64,000 nucleotides of DNA from Eledone cirrhosa (lineage: Eukaryota): NCBI GenBank assembly GCA_964016885.1, contig OZ024751.1, positions 14,260,001 through 14,324,000 on the forward strand, in the 5' to 3' direction. Positions 51,940-64,000 of the stretch are shown here, piece by piece. Each line of letters begins with the position of its first letter. The stretch's first letter is position 1. The notes beneath the pieces were generated by a model. It did no database searches and was not told the DNA's origin. It worked only from the letters and a program-made list of their open reading frames with translations. The position numbers and the translations under genes were made by a program.

Positions 51940-52570
51940 CACATTTGCTCAGATATGGCAATTGGCTCCTTTTGTCTACCAGATGTTATGACTGACAGAT
52001 AATATTAGCAATGAAAAGACCAATGAAAATGTTTCCTTGGTCAGATCAGACAACTGGCTTTTTTTCATCTGCCAGGTGTTATAACTGACAGTTCCTTTCA
52101 TCTTCCAGATGTTATGACCCACAGATAGTATCAGCTAGTATCAGCAATGAAGAAACCAATGGAAACATTGTTTCCTTGGTCAGATCAGACAGTCCAGTCC
52201 TTTCACCTGCCAGATGTTATGACTGACAGATAGTATCAGCACTGAAAAGACCAACAGAAACATTGTTTCTTTGGTCAGATCAGACAGTCAATTCCTTTCA
52301 TCTGCCAGATGTTATGACTGTCAGATAATAGCAATGGAAAGACCAATGGAAACATTGTTTCTTAGGTCAGATCTGACAGTTGCTCCTTTCATCTGCCAGG
52401 TGTTATGACTGACAGATAGTATCAGCAATGAAAAGACCAATAGAAACATTGTTTCTTTGGTTAGATCAGACAGTCCATTCCTTTCATCTGCCAGATGTTA
52501 TGACTGACAGATAGTATCAGCAATGAAAACACCAATAGAAACATTCTTTCTTTGGTCAGATCTAACAGCA
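51940..52570. repeat. ~91-95-bp tandem repeat
   Basis: cag(a/g)tgttatgactg recurs at 52211, 52306, 52397 and 52492. Confidence 0.9.
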
Positions 52571-52604
52571 AGCTCTTTTCTTCTTATTTTCTTTTTTGTT
52601 GTCA

Positions 52605-55040
52605 TAGAGACATTCAATGTAGAAGAGCACTGGGAGTTCCTAAAAAATAACTTACTAGAGGCGACGGACGAGATCTGTGGCTGGAGTAAGACCACAAGCA
52701 GGAGGAGTGACTTGGTGGTGGAACAATAAGGTAGATGAGGCAGTTAAGGCCAAGAGACAGGCATGGAAAGAATGGAAGAACGGGGGAAGCAGGGTACATT
52801 ACATAGAGACAATGAGGGAAGCTAGGTGACAAGCATACTTAGCTAGGAGGGAAGCAGAGGATAGAAAATTCAAGCATGTTTTGCAACGTGAGGACCAGAA
52901 GCAGAGGGTGTTCAAGATTGGGAGGCAGTGTGTCAGAGAGAATTGTGATGTCATTGGAGAGAAGTGTATCCGGAATGATAAAGGTGAGCTTGCCCTCACA
53001 AGTGCTGAGAAGAAAGAGGCATGGAAGAGCCATTATGATAGATTACTAAATGAGGAGAATGCATGGGAAGAAGAGACCCTACCCCAAGTAGACCCTGTAG
53101 AGGGGCCATCAGTACAAGTCAGCAGCAGCGTAGTAAGTAAGGCAATCAAAGATATGAAGATGGAGAAGGCAACCGGTCCATCGGGTATAGCTGCCGAGAT
53201 GCTGAAGGCATCTGGGTCTGTAGGTCACACTATAACCACACGTATTGTTAACCAGGTAATACTAGGTGTCATACCAAAAGATTGGTGCAGTAGCATCATT
53301 GTCAACTGCTACAAAGGTAAAGGTTATGCACTAGATAGAGGAAACTATAGAGGTATAAAGTTGATGGACCAGGTCATGAAAGTAACAGAAAGAGTTATAG
53401 CACAGCTGATTAGGGACCGGGTGAAAATAGACGAGATGCAATTTGGGTTTGTACCAGGAAGAGGCACCACTGATGCCCTCTTCCTTGTGAGGTAGTTACA
53501 GGAAAAGTACTTAGCTAAAAGTAAGCCACTCTACCTGGCATTCGTCGATCTCGAGAAAGCCTTTGACAGAGTTCCACGTGCTATAATCTGGTGGGCTCTT
53601 AGAAAATTAGGAGTAGATGAATGGCTTGTGAAAGCTGTACAAGCCATGTATAGGGGAGCAGTCAGCAAAGTTAGGATTAGCAATGAGTATAGTGAGGAAT
53701 TTAGCGTACAGGTTGGTGTCCACCAGGGCTCTGTTCTTAGCCCTCTCCTGTTCATCATAGTCCTGCAGGCAATAACGGAGGAGTTTAAGACCGGATGCCC
53801 ATGGGAACTCCTGTATGCAGATGACCTTGCACTTATAGCTGAATCTATGGTAGAACTAGAGAAGAAATTCCAAACTTAGAAGCAGGGACTAGAAAGAAAG
53901 GGTCTCAAAGTCAACCTGACAAAGACTAAGGTCCTTGTAAGTAGACTAGAAAACAGAACCCCGATCCCCTCAGGGAAATGGCCTTGCTCAGTATGTAGGA
54001 AAGGTGTAGGTAGGAACTCCATTCTCTGCCCCAAATGCAAACAATGGGTACACAAGAGATGTAGCAGGATCTCAGGAAGCTTAATTAAGAATGTAGGCTT
54101 CACATGTAGCAGCTGTGCTGGGACAGCAAGCAGCAAACAACCACAGGCAACAAGTACCACCAATCTCTGGGAGGGCTCTGTAGAAACAGTAGACAGCTTC
54201 TGCTACCTAGGTGACCGAATTAGCAGTGGAGGTGGGTGTTCAGAAAGTACAATAACTAGGGTAAGAATGGGATGGAAGAAGTTCAGGGAACTACTGCCAC
54301 TGATAGCTGCAAAAAGCTTTTCCCTCAAAATGAAAGGCACACTATATGATGCGTGTATACGAACAGCAATGTTACATGGTAGTGAGACCTGGGCGCTGAA
54401 GGTGGAAGACTTACATAGATTAGAAAGAAACGAAGCCTGCATGCTCCGATGGATGTGTAATAGTAATATACGCGAACGGCAAAGCATAAATGAACTGAGA
54501 GAGACTGAGCATAAGAGGAATCAAATGCTGTGTGCAGGAGAGGCGGTTGCGTTGGTATGGATATATGATGCATAAAAAGGTGCAGAGCACTAGAAGTCAA
54601 TGGAAACCGCGGAGTAGGGAGATCCAAGAAGACCTGGGCTGAGGTGATAAAAGCCGACCTTACCCAATTACACCTCTCAAAGGCGATGACACACGACCGT
54701 GACCTCTGGCGTCACACAGTAATACAGAGTACCCGACCTCCCATGGGTACAAGCTGAAGCCCCCACACCCTCCCACTGCAAAGTGGTTATGGAGGTGCTA
54801 CAGCAAAAAAGCACCCAGCCCACACTGTAAAGTGGTCGTGTAGGCGCCATGGAAAAAAAGCACCCAGCACTCACTGTAAATGAGGTTGGTGTTAGGAAGG
54901 GCATCCGGCTGCAGAAATCAAACCAAAATCAGTTCCTGTATGAGCAAGGCATGGTCAACCGACCAAACACTGCCCACAACAGGACAACCCGTCTAACCCA
55001 TGCTAGCATGGAAGAACGGACGTTAAACGGTGATGATGAT
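52605..55040 (+). mobile_element. RTE-clade LINE, 5'-truncated and degenerate, in intron 8
   Basis: RT motifs QFGFVPGRGTTDALF, AFVDLEKAFD, GVHQGSVLSPLLF and LLYADDL, plus a Cys/His finger and MLHGSETW. In-frame stops at 53493 and 53877. The 3' UTR ends in (GAT)n. Confidence 0.95.
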
Positions 55041-55321
55041 AGGCTCACTTCCTTTTTCTTCATTCTTTACCATTTTTATATCATCATCATTTTACATTCA
55101 CTGTTCCACGTTATTAATTTGTTGTTGTTGTCACTATTAATTTGTTGTTGTTTCCTATTAATCTGTTGTCTCCCCATTAATCTATTGTTTCCCTATTGAT
55201 TGTTTTTCTCCCTATTAATCTGTTGTTGTTGTGTCTATTAATTTGTTGTTTGTCTCCCTATTAATTTGTTGTTGTTTCCCTATTAATATGTTGTTGTTGT
55301 TGTGTGTCTATTAATTTGAAG

Positions 55322-55486
55322 GCAAATGACAAGAGTCAAGTGGAAGAACTTATTGAAGGTTTAACTAAGGTAAAAGGTGTAAGTCGTTACAGTAGCAGAG
55401 CCTTATTCACCTGTTTAGACAACAACCTGGAGGAACTAGCAAAGTTTTTGGTCCTCAAAGGTTTCAGGACGAATATATGGAAACAG
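55322..55486 (+). CDS. Ankyrin-repeat protein, exon 9
   Basis: Weak acceptor ttgaag|. Encodes ANDKSQVEELIEGL...ALFTCLDNNLEELAKFLVLKGFRTNIWKQ, an ANK-like helix pair. Donor CAG|GTAAAA. Phase 0-0. Confidence 0.8.
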
Positions 55487-56940
55487 GTAAAAAACAAAAC
55501 ACTTTCATTACTTCAAACATTTCTCATCTCAAGATGTTGTTGTTGATTATTTTGTTTTATTGTTGAGAGTTGGTAATTGCCGACTTAATTAGAATTGCTG
55601 ACTTAATTAGGAGACCATTTGTATAATCTAGTATATGACCCTCAGTGACCTAACATAGCGCATACATGTCCCATTACCTGACCTGACAATTATCAACCTA
55701 TATGACACATTATGTGACCTACCACATGTGGCCTTTAACATGATCACTCAACAAGGCATGACACATGTGGCCTTTTCACATGATCCGTCAAGCATGCCAC
55801 ATGTGGCTTTCTGCATGATCTATCAACAAGGCATGCCACATGTGGCTTTCTGCATGATCTATCAACAAGGCATGCCACATGATACAACATCTGGCCTACC
55901 ACATGATCTGCCGCATGCCACAACATGTGACCTGCCACATGTTCTTTCACATGACTATCATATGATTCACTGCATATCTTGGCACATGAACTAATATACC
56001 CTATGACCTACATGGCCTACCACATGTCTTACCCTATAGCCGATTACATGACCTACTGGATAACATGACAGCAATATCTTATCACATGACCTACCATGTT
56101 TTAACATATTACATGTCCTACAGTGTGACCTATCACATGATGCCACCAACAGTCATCATTATCATTTAACATCCACTTACCCTGCTAGCAAGGGTTGGAC
56201 AGGTCTACATAGACCAAGTCAGTACTGAAGCGAGGCTACTGACCTTCCAGAAAGGCCTGGTGGAGGGCCTGTCTGCATCTTGCTTATGTACAGTTTCATG
56301 TTCTACCAAGTGCAAAGGAGAGGTTGTCATTAGTGACACAACCAAAGGGTCCTCCTAACTCTTTGTTTGGCAAGCTTCCTATGGCTAGATGCCCTTCCTA
56401 TCACCAACCACTTTATAGTGTGTACAGGGTGTGTGTGTAGATCACCAAATTTAGGGAGACCATCATGTCCTTGACACAACTGAAGGGTCCTGCCAAATCT
56501 TTATTTGGCAAGCTTGATGACCTTCCTATCACCAACCACTTTACAGTGTGTACTGGGTGTGTTTATCATGTAGATCATCAACAACAGGGGGTGGCTGTGA
56601 TATCCCTAACACAACAGAAGGGTTCTCCCAACCCCCTGTTTGGTAAGCTTTCTACAGCTGCATGCCCTATCATCAACCACTTTACAGTGTGTACTGGATG
56701 AGTTCATGTAGATCACCTACATTAGAGAGCCTGTCATGTCCTTGACACAACTGAAGGGTTCTCCCAACCCTTTGTTTAACAAGCTTTCTATGGCTATTTG
56801 CCCTTCCTATCACCAACTACTTTACAGCATGTACTAGGTGCGTTTATCATGTAGATCACCAACACTATGTCTTTTAGCTTCACAACTGAAGGGTCCTCTC
56901 AACCCCAACATGTCTAATTCTATTCTATTCTTGCCTCCAG

Positions 56941-57078
56941 TATGAACCCTGTATATCTGATAATCCACTGTGTGCTATGATGGAATGTTCTCACAGAGTG
57001 ACCTACTTAAAAGAGAAAGTTGAAGAACTCAAGATGTACACCCTGTTGAAACTTATAGAAGATGTAGAATCAGGAAAG
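56941..57078 (+). CDS. Ankyrin-repeat protein, exon 10 (spliced at 57078, or terminal with TAG at 57100-57102)
   Basis: Acceptor tattcttgcctccag|. Encodes YEPCISDNPLCAMMECSHRVTYLKEKVEELKMYTLLKLIEDVESGK, then either donor AAG|GTAACA or read-through VTDFIRN*. Too short to appear in the ORF track. Confidence 0.75.
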
Positions 57079-57525
57079 GTAACAGACTTTATTAGAAATT
57101 AGATGGGGAGTGCTCAACTGAATCACATATGCAAAAAAAACAACAAAACATTCCCATTAACTCTTTAATATTTACATTATTCTATATATACTATTGTATT
57201 TTTACGGTTAGAGGCTTTATCTCACATAATATCAAATCTACGAGATTGATATTTATTTTGAGAACAATAGCTTAACATCAGTATAAGTGGCCAGTTACAA
57301 CCGGTTTGAAGAGAAAGAGTTCAGAGAATTCTGGCCGAATATGACTGGTTTAAATGCGTGAATACCTTGGGTGTTACCCTCGTTAAGGTGAAAGGCAGCA
57401 AATTGTCAGAGTTGTTAGAACATCGGATATAATGCTATGTTAGTGGTCAATTTTGCCTTTCATCTATTCAAAGTCATTAAAAAAAGGTACCAGTCTAGTA
57501 GTGTGTGTGTGGGGGGGGGGGTCAA

Positions 57526-60500
57526 TTCTTCCTCTATATCTCGCTCTCACTTCCATTCTCTCATTCTATATCTCTTTCTCACTTCCATTCTCTCATTCTA
57601 TATCTCTTTCTCACTTCCATTCTCTCATTCTATATCTCTTGTTCTCACTTCCATTCTCTCATTCTATATTTTATTCTCACTTCCATTCTCTCATTCTATA
57701 TCTCTTTCTCACTTCCATTCTCTCATTCTATTCTCTTGTTCTCACTTCCATTCTCTCATTCTATATTTTATTCTCACTTCCATTCTCTCATTCTATATCC
57801 CGTTCTCACTTCCATTCTCTCATTCTATTCTCTTGTTCTCACTTCCATTCTCTCATTCTATATCTCATTCTCACTTCCATTCTCTCATTCTATATCTCAT
57901 TCTCACATCCATTCTCTCATTCTATATCTCTTTCTCACATCCATTCTCTCATTCTATATCTCTTTCTCACATCCATTCTCTCATTCTATATCTCTTTCTC
58001 ACTTCCATTCTCTTTCTCACTTCCATTCTCTCATTCTATATCTCATTCTCACTTCCATTCTCTCATTCTATATCTCATTCTCACTTCCATTCTCTCATTC
58101 TATATCTCGTTCTCACTTCCATTCTCTCATTCTATATCTCTTTCTCACTTCCATTCTCATTCTCACTTCCATTCTCTCATTCTATATCTCTTTCTCACTT
58201 CCATTCTCTCATTCTATATCTCTTTCTCACTTCCATTCTCTCATTCTATATCTCTTTCTCACTTCCATTCTCTCATTCTATATCTCTTTCTCTCATTCTA
58301 TATCTCTTTCTCACTTCCATTCTCTCATTCTATATCTCGTTCTCACTTCCATTCTCTCATTCTATATCTCTTTCTCACTTCCATTCTCTCATTCTATATC
58401 TCTTTCTCACTTCCATTCTCTCATTCTATATCTCTTTCTCACTTCCATTCTCTCATTCTCACTTCCATTCTCTCATTCTATATCTCTTTCTCACTTCCAT
58501 TCTCTCATTCTCACTTCCATTCTCTCATTCTATATCTCTTTCTCACTTCCATTCTCTCATTCTCACTTCCATTCTCTCATTCTATATCTCTTTCTCACAT
58601 CCATTCTCTCATTCTATATCTCTTTCTCACTTCCATTCTCTCATTCTATATCTCTTTCTCACTTCCATTCTCTCATTCTATATCTCGTTCTCACTTCCAT
58701 TCTCTCATTCTATATCTCGTTCTCACTTCCATTCTCTCATTCTATATCTCGTTCTCACTTCCATTCTCTCATTCTATATCTCTTTCTCGCTTCCATTCTC
58801 TCATTCTATATCTCTTTCTCACTTCCATTCTCTCATTCTCACTTCCATTCTCTCATTCTATATCTCTTTCTCACTTCCATTCTCTCTTTATCACTTCCAT
58901 TCTCTCATTCTATATCTCGTTCTCACTTCCATTCTCTCATTCTATATCTCTTTCTCACTTCCATTCTCTCATTCTCACTTCCATTCTCTCATTCTATATC
59001 TCTTTCTCACTTCCATTCTCTCATTCTCACTTCCATTCTCTCATTCTATATCTCATTCTCACTTCCATTCTCTCATTCTATATCTCTTTCTCACTTCCAT
59101 TCTCTCATTCTATATCTCTTTCTCACTTCCATTCTCTCATTCTCACTTCCATTCTCTCATTCTATATCTCTTTCTCACTTCCATTCTCTCGTTCTCACTT
59201 CCATTCTCTCATTCTATATCTCTTTCTCACTTCCATTCTCTCATTCTATATCTCTTTCTCACATCTATTCTCTCATTCTATATCTCTTTCTCACTTCCAT
59301 TCTCTCATTCTATATCTCTTTCTCACTTCCATTCTCTCATTCTCACTTCCATTCTCTCATTCTATATCTCTTTCTCACTTCCATTCTCTCATTCTATATC
59401 TCGTTCTCACTTCCATTCTCTCATTCTCACTTCCATTCTCTCATTCTATATCTCTTTCTCACTTCCATTCTCTCATTCTCAATCTCTTTCTCACTTCCAT
59501 TCTCTCATTCTCAATCTCTTTCTCACTTCCATTCTCTCATTCTCACTTCTATTCTCTCATTCTATATCTCTTTCTCACTTCCATTCTCTCATTCTATATC
59601 TCTTTCTCACTTCCATTCTCTCATTCTCACTTCCATTCTCTCATTCTATATCTCTTTCTCACTTCCATTCTCTCATTCTATATCTCTTTCTCACTTCCAT
59701 TCTCTCATTCTATATCTCTTTCTCACTTCCATTCTCTCATTCTCACTTCCATTCTCTCATTCTATATCTCTTTCTCACTTCCATTCTCACTTCCATTCTC
59801 TCATTCTCACTTCCATTCTCTCATTCTATATCTCTTTCTCACTTCCATTCTCTCATTCTATATCTCTTTCTCACTTCCATTCTCTCATTCTATATCTCTT
59901 TCTCACTTCCATTCTCTCATTCTCACTTCCATTCTCTCATTCTATATCTCTTTCTCACTTCCATTCTCTCATTCTATATCTCTTTCTCACTTCCATTCTC
60001 TCATTCTATATCTCGTTCTCACTTCCATTCTCTCATTCTATATCTCTTTCTCACTTCCATTCTCTCATTCTATATCTCTTTCTCACTTCCATTCTCTCAT
60101 TCTATATCTCTTTCTCACTTCCATTCTCTCATTCTCACTTCCATTCTCTCATTCTATATCTCTTTCTCAATTCCATTCTCTCATTCTCACTTCCATTCTC
60201 TCATTCTATATCTCTTTCTCACTTCCATTCTCTCATTCTATATCTCGTTCTCACTTCCATTCTCTCATTCTCACTTCCATTCTCTCATTCTATATCTCAT
60301 TTCTCACTTCCATTCTCTCATTCTCACTTCCATTCTCTCATTCTATATCTCTTTCTCACTTCCATTCTCTCATTCTATATCTCTTTCTCACTTCCATTCT
60401 CTCATTCTCACTTCCATTCTCTCATTCTATATCTCTTTCTCACTTCCATTCTCTCATTCTATATCTCTTTCTCACTTCCATTCTCTCATTCTATATCTTA

Positions 60501-63500
60501 TTCTCACTTCCATTCTCTCATTCTATATCTCTTTCTCACTTCCATTCTCTCATTCTATTCTCTTGTTCTCACTTCCATTCTCTCATTCTATATTTTATTC
60601 TCACTTCCATTCTCTCATTCTATATCTCGTTCTCACTTCCATTCTCTCATTCTATTCTCTTGTTCTCACTTCCATTCTCTCATTCTATATCTCATTCTCA
60701 CTTCCATTCTCTCATTCTATATCTCATTCTCACATCCATTCTCTCATTCTATATCTCTTTCTCACATCCATTCTCTCATTCTATATCTCTTTCTCACTTC
60801 CATTCTCTTTCTCACTTCCATTCTCTCATTCTATATCTCATTCTCACTTCCATTCTCTCATTCTATATCTCATTCTCACTTCCATTCTCTCATTCTATAT
60901 CTCGTTCTCACTTCCATTCTCTCATTCTATATCTCTTTCTCACTTCCATTCTCATTCTCACTTCCATTCTCTCATTCTATATCTCATTCTCACTTCCATT
61001 CTCTCATTCTATATCTCTTTCTCACTTCCATTCTCTCATTCTATATCTCTTTCTCACTTCCATTCTCTCATTCTATATCTCTTTCTCACTTCCATTCTCT
61101 CATTCTATATCTCTTTCTCACTTCCATTCTCTCATTCTATATCTCTTTCTCTCATTCTATATCTCTTTCTCACTTCCATTCTCTCATTCTATATCTCGTT
61201 CTCACTTCCATTCTCTCATTCTATATCTCTTTCTCACTTCCATTCTCTCATTCTATATCTCTTTCTCACTTCCATTCTCTCATTCTATATCTCTTTCTCA
61301 CTTCCATTCTCTCTTTATCACTTCCATTCTCTCATTCTATATCTCGTTCTCACTTCCATTCTCTCATTCTATATCTCTTTCTCACTTCCATTCTCTCATT
61401 CTCACTTCCATTCTCTCATTCTATATCTCTTTCTCACTTCCATTCTCTCATTCTCACTTCCATTCTCTCATTCTATATCTCATTCTCACTTCCATTCTCT
61501 CATTCTATATCTCTTTCTCACTTCCATTCTCTCATTCTATATCTCTTTCTCACTTCCATTCTCTCATTCTCACTTCCATTCTCTCATTCTATATCTCTTT
61601 CTCACTTCCATTCTCTCGTTCTCACTTCCATTCTCTCATTCTATATCTCTTTCTCACTTCCATTCTCTCATTCTATATCTCTTTCTCACATCCATTCTCT
61701 CATTCTATATCTCTTTCTCACTTCCATTCTCTCATTCTCACTTCCATTCTCTCATTCTATATCTCTTTCTCACTTCCATTCTCTCATTCTCACTTCCATT
61801 CTCTCATTCTATATCTCTTTCTCACTTCCATTCTCTCATTCTATATCTCGTTCTCACTTCCATTCTCTCATTCTCACTTCCATTCTCTCATTCTATATCT
61901 CTTTCTCACTTCCATTCTCTCATTCTCACTTCCATTCTCTCATTCTATATCTCTTTCTCACTTCCATTCTCTCATTCTATATCTCGTTCTCACTTCCATT
62001 CTCTCATTCTCACTTCCATTCTCTCATTCTATATCTCTTTCTCACTTCCATTCTCACTTCCATTCTATCATTCTATATCTCTTTCTCACTTCCATTCTCT
62101 CATTCTATATCTCTTTCTCACTTCCATTCTCTCATTCTATATCTCTTTCTCACTTCCATTCTCTCATTCTCACTTCCATTCTCTCATTCTATATCTCTTT
62201 CTCACTTCCATTCTCTCATTCTCACTTCCATTCTCTCATTCTATATCTCTTTCTCACTTCCATTCTCTCGTTCTCACTTCCATTCTCTCATTCTATATCT
62301 CTTTCTCACTTCCATTCTCTCATTCTATATCTCTTTCTCACATCCATTCTCTCATTCTATATCTCTTTCTCACTTCCATTCTCTCATTCTATATCTCTTT
62401 CTCACTTCCATTCTCTCATTCTCACTTCCATTCTCTCATTCTATATCTCTTTCTCACTTCCATTCTCTCTTTCTCACTTCCATTCTCTCATTCTCACTTC
62501 CATTCTCTCATTCTATATCTCTTTCTCACTTCCATTCTCTCATTCTATATCTCTTTCTCACTTCCATTCTCTCATTCTCACTTCCATTCTCTCATTCTCA
62601 CTTCCATTCTCTCATTCTCACTTCCATTCTCTCATTCTCACTTCCATTCTCTCATTCTATATCTCTTTCTCACTTCCATTCTCTCATTCTATATCTCGTT
62701 CTCACTTCCATTCTCTCATTCTATATCTCTTTCTCACTTCCATTCTCTCATTCTCACTTCCATTCTCTCATTCTATATCTCTTTCTCACTTCCATTCTCT
62801 CATTCTATATCTCTTTCTCACTTCCATTCTCTCATTCTCACTTCCATTCTCTCATTCTATATCTCTTTCTCACTTCCATTCTCTCATTCTATATCTCTTT
62901 CTCACTTCCATTCTCTCATTCTCACTTCCATTCTCTCATTCTATATCTCTTTCTCACTTCCATTCTCTCATTCTATATCTCTTTCTCACTTCCATTCTCT
63001 CATTCTATATCTCTTTCTCACTTCCATTCTCTCATTCTATATCTCTTTCTCACTTCCATTCTCTCATTCTCACTTCCATTCTCTCATTCTCACTTCCATT
63101 CTCTCATTCTATATCTCTTTCTCACTTCCATTCTCTCATTCTATATCTCTTTCTCACTTCCATTCTCTCGTTCTCACTTCCATTCTCTCATTCTATATCT
63201 CTTTCTCACTTCCATTCTCTCATTCTATATCTCTTTCTCACATCCATTCTCTCATTCTATATCTCTTTCTCACATCCATTCTCTCATTCTATATCTCTTT
63301 CTCACTTCCATTCTCTCATTCTCACTTCCATTCTCTCATTCTATATCTCTTTCTCACTTCCATTCTCTCATTCTCACTTCCATTCTCTCATTCTATATCT
63401 CTTTCTCACTTCCATTCTCTCATTCTATATCTCGTTCTCACTTCCATTCTCTCATTCTATATCTCTTTCTCACTTCCATTCTCTCATTCTATATCTCGTT

Positions 63501-64000
63501 CTCACTTCCATTCTCTCATTCTCACTTCCATTCTCTCATTCTATATCTCTTTCTCACTTCCATTCTCACTTCCATTCTCTCATTCTATATCTCTTACTTC
63601 CATTCTCTCATTCTATATCTCGTTCTCTCATTCTATATCTCTTTCTCACTTCCATTCTCTCATTCTCACTTCCATTCTCTCATTCTCACTTCCATTCTCT
63701 CATTCTATATCTCTTTCTCACTTCCATTCTCTCGTTCTCACTTCCATTCTCTCATTCTATATCTCTTTCTCAATTCCATTCTCTCATTCTATATCTCTTT
63801 CTCACATCCATTCTCTCATTCTATATCTCTTTCTCACTTCCATTCTCTCATTCTCACTTCCATTCTCTCATTCTCACTTCCATTCTCTCATTCTATATCT
63901 CTCATTCTCACTTCCATTCTCTCATTCTCACTTCCATTCTCTCATTCTCACTTCCATTCTCTCATTCTCACTTCCATTCTCACTTCCATTCTCTCATTCT
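57526..64000. repeat. Pyrimidine-rich satellite built from 20-bp (ctcacttccattctctcatt) and 12-bp (ctatatctcttt) modules
   Basis: Directly visible and continues past the window end. The + strand has almost no G. Confidence 0.98.

Noticed and set aside
52881-54575. Active reverse transcriptase gene
   Set aside because: Multiple in-frame stops and frameshifts, and the endonuclease domain is missing.

Overview
AT-rich, repeat-dense eukaryotic DNA. The SINE/RTE repertoire and microsatellite load suggest a coleoid cephalopod such as Octopus, but this is an inference. The main feature is a 10-exon (or longer) + strand gene for an uncharacterised ankyrin-repeat protein (ATG 17792 to about 57078/57102, about 704-711 aa). 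It was reconstructed by hand from GT-AG sites whose phases all match. A probable terminal coding exon of a second, unidentified gene lies at 9268-9486. The rest is transposon-derived: several tRNA-derived SINE families; RTE, CRE-like and Tx1-like LINE fragments; an internally deleted DD37D (maT-type) transposon; piggyBac-, hAT- and Tc1/pogo-type MITEs; Helitron remnants; fold-back palindromes; minisatellites; and a satellite of more than 6.4 kb running off the right end. The most notable observations are: (1) a minimal hammerhead-ribozyme motif in intron 1; (2) a tRNA-Gly + SINE dimer retroposed as one unit; (3) tandemly duplicated splice acceptors before exon 8 that lead to a premature stop; (4) local tandem duplications hugging most exons; (5) a large satellite that appears to have grown from inside a SINE. 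No database searches were run, so family names rest on motif recognition.
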